The notes beneath the pieces are model-generated. The model was not told the DNA's origin and did not search any database. It worked only from the letters and a program-made list of their open reading frames with translations. A stretch of 64,000 nt of DNA. It comes from Octopus sinensis. Its lineage: Eukaryota. Below, piece by piece: positions 1 through 13,205 of this stretch (its first letter is position 1; every line of letters begins with the position of its first letter). Location: the NCBI RefSeq assembly GCF_006345805.1, contig NC_042997.1:158162001-158226000 (forward strand), read 5' to 3'. Both the position numbers and the translations under genes were made by a program.

Positions 1-44
1 ACCAATGTTTATTCTATTACCAGTGCAGAATGTCTGTGGGAGTG

Positions 45-205
45 TATATATACACACACACATGCATACATACATACATACATACGTACATACATACATA
101 CATATATACACACACATATATGCATATAGATGCATATATATATATATTTATATATATGTGTGTGTGTTTTTAGAAACACATACACACGTACACACGCACT
201 CACAG

Positions 206-267
<62 letters not shown>

Positions 268-270
268 ATG
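45..270. repeat. Compound (TA)/(TACA)/(TG) microsatellite
   Basis: Direct reading. Similar arrays occur at ~1455-1745, 8655-8908, 9305-9450, 12145-12410, 17580-17790, 31055-31250, 50940-51025 and 61070-61200, and they account for the I/Y/V/C/M-rich ORFs. Confidence 0.95.
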
Positions 271-1293
271 AATATACATACATGTATACGTGTGCGTGCA
301 CTTGCGTGTGTATGTGTGTATGTATGAATACTTTTATAAAGAATTCGAAAAGTTTGAAATGATGGTAACCAGCAATGTTTGCTTCGATACTTTTAAAAAC
401 GTTAGACAAATTACTCTGATCCATGAACAAATCCGAACGACATCGCCGTACACTGAGTAAGTTGAGTGTAAATAAGACGCTCAAGATATTTATCAATAGA
501 AAAAGCTTCTTGATGGAGCACGGTAGAAGAGATAATGAATGTCAAGTCATGTTCAGTATCCTTGGCTTTTCATAGCTATTGCAGTGTCTTTCAAAGTTTC
601 GTTCGTATCTTGAGTCAAATGACAGCCAACATGCTTTGCGTTATTAAATAATGGCGTTCATTATGCTTACGCATGCATATTCAAAGAGTTTCAAAGGGAA
701 TGGGAGACAGAGATAGAAACAGAGAGAGAGAGAGAGAGAAGGAGAAGGAGGGAAATTGAGAGGAAAAAGAAAATTAAAAGGGTGAGAATGAGAAAGCAAG
801 AGAAAGTGAGAGAGTGAGGGAAAGCCATAGAAGAACAGAAGCAACGAAAAAGAGATTGATATGATAAATACGTATAAATGTTTTTGTTTTATGTTGGTTT
901 GTGTTTATGTCGGCTATTCTTTTCATATAAGACATAAGTTCTTCTGATTTGTATCTGATGGTATGACAAAGCGCTGGACTATTGGTTGTTGGGGAAATAA
1001 TTTATATGCTGTAAACTGCAATACTGTTTATCTCTGGAAAATCATTTTTCAATAACTAATTCCACCTGGATTTATGAAGCTTTGTAGTTTATGTATAAGC
1101 AGTACTGACGCTTTTAAATGACGGGTGGCCGTTACCTTACGGATGCAATGCAACAACTCTCTATATTAGATCACACCATGAATGATGATATGAAACTATT
1201 TTCAAACTCCCTTTCTTAGCTCTTTATTTTCTTTCTGCCATTGTGGCTAAGGCAATGCTAAACAACCAAAGGCATATCTGTTGAATAAAGCGT

Positions 1294-1460
1294 ACGCAGA
1301 CATGACTGTGTGGTAAGAAGCTTGCTTCTCAACCACATAGTACCCGTTCAGTCCCACTGTGTGGCACCTTGGGCTACTGTCTTCTACTATAGCCTCGGAC
1401 CGATCAAAACCTTGTGAGTGGATTTGGTAGATGGAAACTGAACGAAGCGCGTTGTATATC
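1294..1460 (+). mobile_element. tRNA-derived SINE family A (octopus CORE-like), 5' half
   Basis: Head cgcagacatgactgtgtggtaagaagcttgc, B-box-like gttcagtccc, and core ggcaccttggg..ctactatagcctcgg. Same sequence recurs at 8.9, 13.2, 15.9 and 55.6 kb. Confidence 0.85.
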
Positions 1461-1461
1461 T

Positions 1462-1493
<32 letters not shown>

Positions 1494-1536
1494 ATATATA
1501 TATATTATATAATATATATATATATATACATACATG

Positions 1537-1588
<52 letters not shown>

Positions 1589-2795
1589 TATATATATATA
1601 TATATGTGTGTGTATGTATGTATATATGTATGTATGTATGTATGCATGTATGTATATATGCATGTATGTATGTACGCATGTATGTATGTATGTATGTATG
1701 TATGTATGTATGTATGTATGTATGTATGTATGTGTGTATGTACTTACGTGTGTGGGTTTGCATCCGTTTCCTCCCACCATGGATTTTTATTCGCATACCC
1801 GGTAACCCTCGTTGCCAACTGTGAAATATTAATATTTTTCAACTGATCCTAATTCGATACGGGAAAAATTCACAACCACCCGCACCAATAAACAACTACT
1901 GTTCCTGAAAGTTGTTTTTAATATTTTCTACAGATTGCTTGAAGGTCACTTTCTTCCTATACCTCCATACGTAGATGTTACATTTACATATATGTAAATA
2001 TGTATGAATGTAAATGTATATGTATAGATGTATGTTGTAATTTTAAATCGTACTAGCCTTTGGTGGCCTGTTATTGAAAGACTGGCAGAATATTTGAATA
2101 TTTTGGGCAGTAAACTCCATCTCTTTAGTTTATATCATACAAGAATATCTATTCTAATTGATGAACGAAATAGAATATGATCTTACTGACTTGCACAAAA
2201 AACATTACAACTAATTTTGTTTTTGTATAATAAATGTTCCACTTAATTTTCCACAGAACAGATACCGCTAATTACCAACCAAGTGCGTTGTGAAAAATAT
2301 TCCACTTTCTCCAATCTCACTAAAATTCAACCAATCCATAATGAGGTTGTATGTACACCATTTTCTAGAATGCTGTTAAACATATCGGCGGAACAGTGGC
2401 CGAATTTGTTTTCGAAAGTGAACTATGTACCTAAAAGTGGTCAGTGTGTTACTGACGTTGTTGTGCGATCGGTGTTCAGCTAAAATTATTGTTGGCCAAT
2501 ATTTGTAGAAAGAATGTGATAGTTTATAGAATGTGGACAGAGCACACTGCCGAGAAACACTGAAGCGTTGTGTTCTAATACAAACATGTCGAATTAAGGT
2601 ATGAGCGATTAATGGACAATATAGGCGAGCATCTTAGACAGATGATGACTAAGAGAAGCTGCATTAAAGCCTTGTTTGATAGGTACTTAGGATTATGTTA
2701 ATGACAAGGTAATATAGAGAAAAGCTGAAATACCTGAACCCTTAGGAATTGTGAAATTCTAGACACGCACACGTGCGCGCGCATACAGGTACATA

Positions 2796-3046
2796 GTGGG
2801 CTGGTGCATAATTATTGCAGCGTTTTTTCAACAAATTTTATTCAACGAAAACACTAACATGTAAAAAAAAACATCTTTAAATGATTATTGCGGATCATAT
2901 TCACCATCTACTACTTCGATTACTGCTTCCCATTTGCTTGGCAGACGGTCAGACCGCCATTTAAAGATGTTTTTGTTAAATATTGTTATTGTTTTTGTTG
3001 AATAAAATGTGTTGAAAATAAACCGCATAATTATGCACCAACCCAA
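2796..3046 (-). mobile_element. Mariner-derived MITE (251 bp)
   Basis: TA on both sides (2794-95, 3047-48). Ends resemble mariner TIRs (ttgggttggtgcataatta). The centre encodes a transposase C-terminus (DRLPSKWEAVIEV-DGEY) on the minus strand. Confidence 0.85.
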
Positions 3047-4165
3047 TATATACACACATATGCACGTGACAACTGGCAAGATAATTCCCCCCTTGTAATG
3101 AACAACGAAATGATTCAGGCAGATTTTAGAAATCTTTTACTTGTATTCATGTTTGATGATAGAGTTATGTTTAACTTCAGATCTCTTGTGATAACACTCA
3201 TTTGAGTTAGTAGCGATTGAACAATATCATGAATCCATTTATCTCGCTCTGTCAAATCTTTACGTCATTTCTTTGAATTTACTGGTTAGGAAAGTTTGTT
3301 TCCTCTTATGGGACACATTGAGTGCGTAGATTTTAGATCCTACCTCAATACACGATCAACCATCTATCACATATATTCAATTATTTTTATATGTATCATT
3401 GTCGTTTATCCTTCTGAAGTCATAACAATATTCCTGTCAGTATCAGGAATTGAATAAAGATTATATACGTCGTATACAATTATTGACTTAATGTTATGGA
3501 ACTGAGCTTTGTAATAAACTTCAGTTTTAAATTAAGGTTATATTGGAATTTATCATTGAAGATGAAATTACATTTTTCTAATTAGTTAATCAGAAAGTAC
3601 GTACACCATATAAATGATCTTCTAATAGCATTTTCCTTAGAGAAGAGTAATGAAAAGTATGGTTAAAGTAGCTAATGTTTAGATTGAAGTATTACACATA
3701 AAAATCTGGAAATAAAGAGAATATAGTTTGGAATAATATTGTTTTCTGGGAAAAACAGATTGGACAAACCTTCTGAAATATGGTACTGTGTAGTATAAAA
3801 CCAAAATCATTTCAATCAATATGGTTTTAATGTCAGTTCGACTTAATATTTTGGTAATAAAACAAATCTTTCACCAATCTCAGGAGGGTAAATTCATAAT
3901 AATAAAATGTAGATAATTGGAATAAAAAATAAATGTTTATGTTTTAAATATTCTGAATAAAATTACATTCAGAAACTGTATTGACACTTATTCACAGTGC
4001 TGATAGTCAGTTGGCGCCACTGTTCAATGTATCAATCATTTGACAAAATATGAATGATAGACGAAAGTCCCAAGATAATAAATTTGTGACTAAACTAGAA
4101 GGATTTACATTACTTTAATCTCTGCAACAAAGTTGTGTAAATAGAAATTGTAGCATTATGAAAGA

Positions 4166-4556
4166 CTAGCAGTATCGCCCGGCGTTGCTCTGGTTTGCTT
4201 CGATCCTTTAGAATTGGAATTTTTGAAAAGTAAAAATTTTGCATTATGTAGCTTGTTATTCTCTTTAAGTGAACATTTTTCTGGTTGAAGTACACCGAAA
4301 AATGTCGACACAGCAGTCAAAAAATCGTAAAAAATAGGGATTTTCATAGAAAAAAGCACCTTTTTGATGTAAATAATTTTTGGTATTAACATCGGCCGAT
4401 TTGAATTTTTTCGTCTACGGAAGGAAGAGAAAGCCTTCTTCTATCATACTTTCAATTTTGGTCAACTTGCGCCGCAGGGTCTCGGGGGAGATAGTGTTAG
4501 TTGAAGGCTACCAAACCTGCCATACACAGACACCTTCAGCTTTATATATATAAGGA
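4166..4556 (-). mobile_element. Non-autonomous Helitron
   Basis: Minus strand reads A|TC...CTAG|T, with a GC-rich imperfect palindrome (gcaacgccgggcgatactgc) just before CTAG and no TSD. Confidence 0.8.
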
Positions 4557-4949
4557 TTTAATTTCTAAAGCACGATTCAGAAATTGGCTAGAAAAGGTCT
4601 TAAAGATTATTGTGACACAAAGTATAATTGTTCAATATAGATAGAGAATGAAGCTAAAAAGTCGGTATTCGGTTAGGTTTCGAATAATATTTTGAAAAAT
4701 AGACATTTAAATATATTAGCTCTGTGAATGCAGCAAGAGCAATTTCAAAGATATATAACTTTGGTAAAAGTGTATATTCATAACTGTAAGAAAATATACG
4801 ACATAAAACTAACAAAGAAAACAAAATTCAGAAAGATTTAGAGACGGAAAAAGAATACAATTAAAATAAATATAATATAAAGATCTCCACAATGTGAAAC
4901 ATGTTTTATGCAAATGATATCAACAAGAACATATTAAAATGAATCGATT

Positions 4950-5790
4950 TTAAAAATCATGATCGTTTCTTCTGGAATGCAAAGTAATTTGAAACAAATG
5001 TAATCAGATATGGGATCAATCCCAACGACATAATCCACCCTATAGTGCCTCAGATAGATTATCTTGTGCAAAAGAAAGCAGGAACAAGAAACTCCAAGGA
5101 ACATAACCCAGAGAACAAAGTGAGATTCGGATGGTGTTGGGAACAACTGGATAAGAATTCACAGAGCAAAATTATGAAGCGTTTAAGGACCTTTGTAAAT
5201 GAGTGATTAACAAACAGAAAAGTACTGTAAAGGAAAATCAAACACATTGCGCAATGACAAAATTATCATAGCAGAACATTGGAGGCCCACGACAACTAGC
5301 AAGGAATTGCGGAAAAAGATAAAAGCCACAGTCAGCTAGAAAAAGTTTAGGATAAACAAAGTGAAGTCAACAATGCCTAGCGCAAACTTCTTACCAGTAA
5401 TCTTGAATCTATGGAAACAGTATTCAATAAGCTAGTAAACATACATGAAAGAATCAAGAACTGAATTAACACGAGAGGAGAAATCAATATTGATTATCAA
5501 AAATAAAACACAAGAGTCACTTCAAATTAAAAACATACAACTTATTTGCTAACAACATACAAAACCCCCTAAAATCTATACTTTACAACAGAATAGCTGC
5601 TCACCTAGAAAGCAATAACATCATACAAGAGAAGCCGGAGAGAGGTGTAAGGTAGTGAAGAGCAGCAATCGGTGAATTGGGCAATTATCAAAAGCAGCAG
5701 TAGGTTTAAAATATCTTAGTACAGCGTGGGCTAATTACTGAAAAAAGTACATTGTTGGGGTGGTGGAATACATTCACATCCACGAAATAT
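4950..5790 (+). pseudogene. Highly decayed R4/Dong-type RT relic
   Basis: Broken frames give patches such as NRIAAHLESNNII and LSTAWANY, similar to the RT N-terminus of the 38-42 kb element. Confidence 0.5.
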
Positions 5791-7260
5791 CATACAAATA
5801 AGTAGAAATTCAAGCTTTTTTTTTAAATTGCACACATTCGAAACCGTGACCTAATGATTTCATCGGCAAATATAAATTTCTTACACTACTTACAACGTTA
5901 AAATATACTAATCACCTTACAAGTCATACAATTATGCACCGAGCACAATGAGGTACTTATTAACAGGATACAGCTTTGGGACTTACTAGATTCTTTAGGA
6001 AATATATTGATTTGGCTCTCATCTTCATTTTATACTCTCAAATACTTATCTGCAAAAGATTATACAACCTGGGAAGGAAAATTATATTGTATCACTTCCC
6101 CCTACCAACTTGACATGTTATAAAATGGTTAACTGATAAGCGGTTTTTATATTGGTTATCTCGAAGTTAGCTCCTTTCTACATTTAAAATTTTTTTCAGG
6201 TAGATAGAAAGGAGGATGTTGTTATCAGTCTAATATTCTGGTTTGAATGCTTCCAACGTTAGTTAGCTTTGGCAAAACACACGAGACAGGTGTTCGAGTT
6301 AAGTCGGTTGACAGGTTAATTCTTTTTTCATTACTACTGCCCATAAACTGTTTCTAGGCAACGGTTTAGGAGAGAGAAAGGAATGACATTACTGCTACAA
6401 AAACTTTATATGTTTATGCATATTTAAAATAGCAAGTAAAAGACGGCAATAAAATAAGTGATAAAGGTTTTAAAAGAACATAATGAGATGGTAAAGAACT
6501 AATGGAAATAAAAAATGCTAAAGGATATAACAATAAAAGTGCTAATGAAATGAAATACGAGATTGTAATAAGATGTCTGATGAAAATGATACAATGAAAG
6601 GAAACATCAATATAGGGCAAGCTACTTGTTTACCATAGTTATTCTGCCGGAAAATCAAACAATGGGAGAGAGTTTATTCCGCAGTGCATCTTTTAAACAT
6701 GTAGTGCAATTTACTGAATCCGAAAAAATTAATTCTGACGTAAACTTTCGAAACTCGTGAGACTAGATAATGAAGGATTATCTGAACTCTTTTTACTGAT
6801 GTAATAGCAGAAAAAGTATCAGCCTTGTAATATTCCGTCGATGACAGAAATTAGAATCACAAATAGAGTTCATCACGCATTGGTTTCTTCATTTTATCAA
6901 GAGTAGAAGAACCCGATCAAATGTATGAGCAATATTCCATCTGTGGGCAAATCAGCATCATGTAGCGCTACAATAAAGCTTGTACAATTGCGAACATTCT
7001 AACTCGTTATTACTCTTCCATCTGCTCCTTTAGCAACAAACGTTGTTTAAGTGTCTCACCTTAAATCTGATGTAAAGAATCTTAGACACTGTGAAGTAGA
7101 GAAACATTCAAAGCAGCTTTAGTCAATGTAAGAAATAGAATGAAGAAGGTAGGAATTTCACAATGGTGGTAGAAAAATACAAGGTAGGTTGGTGATGGAA
7201 ATATTAAATGTAATAATTCATTTGTTACCCAATTGCATAATCCCACTTAGGTTATTGAAA

Positions 7261-7410
7261 ACGCCGAGGTCGATTTTGCCCTTCATCCTTTCGGGGTCGA
7301 TTAAATAAATACCAGTGACGCTATGGGGTTGATATAGTCGACTGAATCCGTTTGTCTGTCCTCGTCTGTCCCCTCTGTGTAGCCCTTTGTGGGTAATAAA
7401 GAAATAAGAA
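7261..7410 (+). mobile_element. SINE family B, 3' part
   Basis: gccgaggtcgattttgcccttcatcctttcggggtcgattaaataaataccag is the recurrent central domain (Meta/MESC-like); it ends in an A-rich tail. Confidence 0.75.
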
Positions 7411-7430
7411 AGTAGCTTCTGTTTTTTAGT

Positions 7431-7607
7431 GTGAAATAAAAGTCAGTTTATTTTCATACAAAGAATGAACTTTAATCAATTATATTTTTTCCATTTTGTT
7501 CGACGACCTTTTGCCATCTCTCTGGAAATTTAATGATTCCACGTTCATATTACTTCTGGTTTTTAGCAGCCCAAATCTGTATGAAAATAAACTGACTATT
7601 ATTTCAC
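7431..7607. repeat. 30-bp inverted repeat with ~117-bp spacer (MITE-like)
   Basis: gtgaaataaaagtcagtttattttcataca (7431-7460) versus the reverse complement of 7578-7607, one mismatch. Confidence 0.75.
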
Positions 7608-8654
7608 AATAAGAAAAAAGAAATTATTTTCTTGACAACCTGGTAGTATTCTCATTGACACTTACTTTGATATTTATATCCACGTGCGTTCTGGCAGAAA
7701 ATGGCAACCCTAAAGATCCAGTATACATTAAAAAGAGAAACAAAAACAATTAGGAACATTATAAGGCACACCATTTTAAGACACTTGGAATGCAAGTCAC
7801 TCTCACGCCTAGTTCAGATGCATCATGCAACACACAGATCTGCTTGCTCATCGACGAATGCTATAGTAGGAACGGGATTTATGAAAATGTTCAGGGGTAA
7901 TGTAAAAAAGCTGTTCTTTTTGCGGCAGATGATGGAATGTAGTAACTTTACAACTTGTCATTATAACAGCCATAGACGTGTAACTAAGACATTGTTTAAG
8001 TACAATATTCAGTTGAAATCTATTATGGTGAAGTGTCATGAACCGACCATCTATAAACCACATCCACGACATTCAAATCCAATTATTATTGTACATTCGT
8101 GTGGCTGATAATAGTTTACTTCGAGTATCTGTTTATTTGCTTTACTAGATTTGGTGCTTAAGTGCTTAAGTCTGATTAAACGTTAGTCATACCAAGTACC
8201 GATAACGATATGCTTACACAAATATTGAGAGTAAAGCCGTAACGGAAAGTTAATATTCTAAGACATTTCGAGCGATGTCTCACTTTGTTTCCTTCCTTCT
8301 TCATTTTTCTCACATGTTAACATGTACACACTTTTTGAATAATAAAACACGCCTGTGCACAAAAAGGTACGCACAGGGTCAAATTCAAAACACAGATACA
8401 CAAGGAGATACATAGAAATGAACCCTGGAAAACATTAAAATATGCTCACATACACATTCGTACTTGCTTTTCTATCATATTCAGTATATTGCCATGCAAA
8501 GAAATGTATACGCAAACATTCATACTTACAGTAAGATTACATGTTTTTACATACACATAGACAGAAAAGCATATTTAAAAATACTTTTAAATATACAGAC
8601 GGATGTAAACACATTGTGTGAACATTTAGGTTTACATAAATATCACAAACTGGA

Positions 8655-8702
<48 letters not shown>

Positions 8703-8713
8703 ATTATATATAT

Positions 8714-8759
<46 letters not shown>

Positions 8760-8835
8760 TAATATATATATATATACATACATTCATAGACACATACATA
8801 CATACACACACACATATATATATATTATATATATG

Positions 8836-8906
<71 letters not shown>

Positions 8907-8908
8907 TA

Positions 8909-9300
8909 GGCGCAGACGTGGCTGTGTGGTAAATAGCTTGCTTCCTAATCACATTGTTCTAGGTTCAGTCCCACTGTGTGGTACCTTAGGAAAGTGTATT
9001 CCACTATAGCCTCTGACTGAGTAAAGCATCGTGAGTGGATTAGGTAGACGGAAACTGAAAGAATCCCACCGTATATATATATGTGTGTGTATGTCTTTGT
9101 GTGTGTCTTTTTATGCCCCTACATCACTTGAAAACCGGTGTTGGTGTTTTCACGTCAACGTAAATTAGAGATTTGGTTAAAAGAGACCTATAGAATAAGT
9201 ACAAGGCTTAAAAATAGATGTGGATTTTTCAACTAAAACTCTTCAAGACGTTGCTCCGGCATAGCCGCAGTCGATGGACTGAAAGAACTGAAAGATAAAG
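8909..9300 (+). mobile_element. SINE family A, full length
   Basis: ggcgcagacgtggctgtgtggt head, core, (TA/TG) linker, and 3' region ending gttgctccggcatagccgcagtc..ctgaaag. Confidence 0.85.
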
Positions 9301-9390
9301 ATATTCACATACATACATACATACATACACACATACATACATACATACATACATACATACATACATACATACATACACACACATATATAT

Positions 9391-9447
<57 letters not shown>

Positions 9448-9922
9448 ACATATTTGGAGAATCTATTATGAATGTCCAAAGAAAATGGTAACGATGTAGC
9501 GATGTAGTACTGCTGGACTGTTCCTTTGAAGATCTGAAGTTTTATTTGTTGTACCCCTAAGTCTTAATATGCATTTTACCAGCTTAGTAAACTACAGTAA
9601 AGTGTTTTAACCAAGGCTGCATCTCAAGTAATAGGGACCGAACAGAGGACATTATCAGTGAGATCCCAGTTAACAAACAAATATGCCACGTGCTATTTCG
9701 TGATCAATAAAATATACAAAGCCAGCATTGTTTTGGCATTGATTCAATCAACTTATGCGAAGTAAAAATATCTTCCCGTAAGACAAACAATAATCAAACT
9801 AAAATCTGTGCGGTATGAAATATTGATTTCCAACTTTGATAAGAGGCTATGCATTTTGGAGGAAGGATTAGTCACTTAAATCGACATTAGCACTTTACTA
9901 GTGAATATTTCATCGATCCTGT

Positions 9923-10075
9923 AAGGCGGCGAACTGGAAGAATCGTCAAACATACGGAAAACGTTTTGCAGTATTTGCTCGAACTCTTTATGCTCTGAAA
10001 TCAAGTTCCGCTGATATAAACTTTGCTTTTCGTTCTTTCCTGATCGATAAAATGGAGCATCAGTTTAGTAATGGG
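9923..10075 (+). mobile_element. SINE family B, diverged
   Basis: aaggcggcgaactggaagaatcg head and gatcgataaaatg..cag domain. Confidence 0.6.
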
Positions 10076-10340
10076 TTTGATATCATTGACAAACATTTTA
10101 CGCATAAAATTGCTGGCCCTGCGCTTAATCCAAAAACACGTCATTGATTCCATAATACAGAAAGATAAAGTTGACTCCGGTGTTGTTTGAACTTAGCAAA
10201 ATGTAGTATTATAAGTTTAGTAGAAGTAGCAGAAGGTTCCAAGGTGTCCAGTTAAAGGCTTAATTTCTTCTTAAAGTTGAATATCTCGGCGCATTTTAAG
10301 GACTTTCATAAAATGTACCTCATTTTATATATATATATAT

Positions 10341-10608
10341 TCTAACCCTAGCTCACGTAAAACAGCGCATAGTGGACGAAATAAACGAACGGAAATCCAA
10401 ACCAAAGAAGGCAACTTGTATAGAAAAGGCAACAAAGAGGAAGGGTAATTTAAATAAAACAGCTAAAGGCAAAAGGAAGCAGCTTCGCAGCAAGCAAGTT
10501 TCCGATTGGAAATGCCTTGTCTGCTCAGATTGGTATTCCAACCCCCTTCCAGGTGAAGAATGGGTGCAACGCATTATCTGTAAAGACTCGGCACACACTG
10601 ACTGTATC
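10341..10608 (+). pseudogene. C-terminus of a pogo/Tigger-like (DDE_1) transposase with PHD-like Cys/His finger
   Basis: ILTLAHVKQRIVDE, then a K-rich linker, then CLVC..EEWVQ[R]IICKD[S]AHTDC. Two finger residues are mutated and the 5' part is missing. Confidence 0.6.
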
Positions 10609-10699
10609 GAAGAAGAAGAAGAAGAAGAAGAAGAAGAAGAAGAAGAAGAAGAAGAAGAAGAAGAAGAAGAAGAAGAAGAAGAAGAAGAAGAAGAAGAAG

Positions 10700-10728
<29 letters not shown>
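10609..10728 (+). repeat. Pure (GAA)40 microsatellite
   Basis: 120 uninterrupted bases counted directly. Confidence 0.97.
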
Positions 10729-10733
<5 letters not shown>

Positions 10734-11068
10734 GGAGCACCATAGCCGTGTGTTGAGAGGAGTTCATAGAGGTTTGGATAATTCACCTTTGGAAACATGG
10801 GTGGTTCGTTCAACATCCGTAAACAATCCTTATTCAGGGACCTTTTGATCGTGATGGGCTACTCGACCAGAAGAAACTTCTAACTGGGCCCCACCTGCAA
10901 GATCATGCGCTGTTTATCTTGATATGAGATCACCATGTCGCGCACATATGGTTGTGATACATGTGCCTGGTGTACTCTTATCAGACGGGTAGTCATGATG
11001 GATATATTGGGCTTCGTATATTTTACCCCAGTGTTTCTTTGATGGCATGCACTGCTCTGTCACTCAAA

Positions 11069-11149
<81 letters not shown>

Positions 11150-11160
11150 TAATAATAATA
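10729..11160 (+). mobile_element. Short or 5'-truncated retroposon with (AAT)n tail
   Basis: A ~340-bp complex body ending gcatgcactgctctgtcactc, followed by an (AAT)n tract. I recall this as a common octopus repeat; family unassigned. Confidence 0.6.
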
Positions 11161-11224
11161 ATGATGATGATGATGATGATAACAATAATAACAAATTTCA
11201 AAGTTTATTTTTTTCTACTATTAA

Positions 11225-11335
11225 GAGTGAAATTACTGGGGATGAAATTGACTGGCAGTAGAATTACCGGGGAGTCAAATTATCGGAATCATAATACCGG
11301 GTGTCATATTACCAGGAGTCAAATTACCTAGAATC
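11225..11335 (+). repeat. Array of ~7 degenerate GAGTCAAATTACCGG motifs; probable right end of the pogo-like element
   Basis: Repeated 15-20-nt motif read directly. Assignment to the pogo element is inference. Confidence 0.5.
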
Positions 11336-12195
11336 GGGCCAGACCAATCTTTGGCTGAAACATATCTAGGTTACCTGAGGTTATCTAAATTATATACAGC
11401 GTTTTCCAGCTGCGATCCATCAACAATTGTATGTATCAGTGAATTACCCAACCATTCATACATGTTAATTCAATGACCTTAGCAGATGAGTTACTTGAAC
11501 AACTTCACACTCATGGTAGGACTGGCATCTATTTTTTCATGTATATGTAACTCCAAACTTGTTATTACAAGGTTTCTTATCTGACACTCTTACTTCTTCA
11601 CACATCTAATACGTACAGCCTACGCAATTTACTTTTATCTCTAGACAAATATGTCACTTGTATCAACGAAGAACTTTGTAAGAAGATTATGTCTTTATAA
11701 CTGCACGTTAATTAAAATCCTATCTTTTTATGAATCTAGACGGCTGCCCACGTAAAAATACATGTATTTCATTTATTTTCTAATTGACATATCTTCAAAC
11801 AACACTCTTCACACAGTATTTGAAATAGTTGTCGTATTGTTACTCTCCTAAAACAATTAAATATATAAATTTTACACGATACATTTTGCTTTTCTTAAAC
11901 ATTTTATAGCACTTTTATATGCATTGTTTGCTTGTATATGTGTAATACTGCATTTTAAACCCCTCTAAAATTAAAATAATGTGAATGCTCTATATATATG
12001 CTCTTCTCTATTGTCGGAGTTAGAGGTGTAGAATTCGGAACTGGGTTTTAAATGAACTGCAAATTCAGAACCAAAATCTAAGCAGAGTGGTGTTATATGA
12101 AGTGACTGCTGAAATGTTTCTCCCAAATTGTTTGTGTACTATTATGTATATATAATATAATATATGCATATATATATTATATGTTATATATATAT

Positions 12196-12260
<65 letters not shown>

Positions 12261-12354
12261 GTATGTATATATATATTATATATATGTTATATATATATAT
12301 ATGTTATATATATATATATGTATGTATATGTATGTATGTATGTATGTATATATA

Positions 12355-12407
<53 letters not shown>

Positions 12408-12804
12408 ATCCTTTTCTCCAAACGCACACTGATCAACGCTTATAAAGACCATGTTTACACGTGTTTACATTGGGAAAAAACACACTTTCGTTCGAAAATG
12501 ATTTAACTTTATATCTCTTGAATAAATCTTCTAAATGGATAAAATTTGAATATACCCTTTAATATGATAGAATGTTTTTCGCGATTATGCAAAAAAGCTT
12601 GTTTGAACCCACCAACAGCATTCAACGTTCTCTATTCTATATTGTGTGTTTTACATCACAATATTCTGCTCGCTATTATTTCTTCGAGTGCCGTTGTTAA
12701 AAACGATTATATATCGCAAAGATTTTAAATTTTTATCCTATAAACATTTCACACTGCAAATCATTACTATTTTTTATATGGAAAACATTATGTCGTGATG
12801 TGTT

Positions 12805-13205
12805 CCTTTACTTTTTTCAGTCAGATCACGGCGGCCATGCTGGAGTACTGCCTTAAAGGTTTTTTTTATTCGAAGAAATCTACACCAGGACTTATTCCTT
12901 GTAAGCCTAGTACTTATTCTATCAGTCTCTTTTGCTGAACCGCCAAGTTACGGGGACGTAAACACACCAACATCGGTTGTCAAGCGATGGTGCGGGGACA
13001 AGCACAAACACAAAACTACACACTCATATGTATATATACACACGACGTGCTTCTTTCAATTTCCGTCTACCAAATACACTCACTAGATTTTGGTCAACCC
13101 GAGGCTATAGTAGAAGATACTTGCCCAAGGTGCCACGCAGTGAGACTGAATCCGAAACCATGTGGTTAGGAAGCAAGCTAATTACCACACAGCCCCGCCT
13201 GCGCC
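12805..13205 (-). mobile_element. SINE family A, full length
   Basis: Reverse complement of the 8909-9300 element; the head ggcgcaggcggggctgtgtggt begins at 13205. Confidence 0.9.

Noticed and set aside
6572-6608. CTGATGA...GAAAC hammerhead-like spacing
   Set aside because: No stem II pairing and no room for stem I; the GUC overlaps the core.
7061-7089. Minus-strand 29-nt exon-like segment (strong acceptor, gtgaga donor)
   Set aside because: It could not be joined in frame to the neighbouring acceptor near 6965 or to other candidates.
7701-8108. 135-aa plus-strand ORF; the minus strand has a PTIAFVDEQADLCVA/DASELG patch reminiscent of gypsy RNase H
   Set aside because: No recognisable domain on the plus strand. 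The RNase H-like patch is short, needs a frameshift and lacks flanking RT or integrase motifs.
10372-10848. 158-aa ORF with poly-Glu as a host gene
   Set aside because: It is a chimera of a transposase fragment, a GAA microsatellite and a retroposon; key finger residues are mutated.
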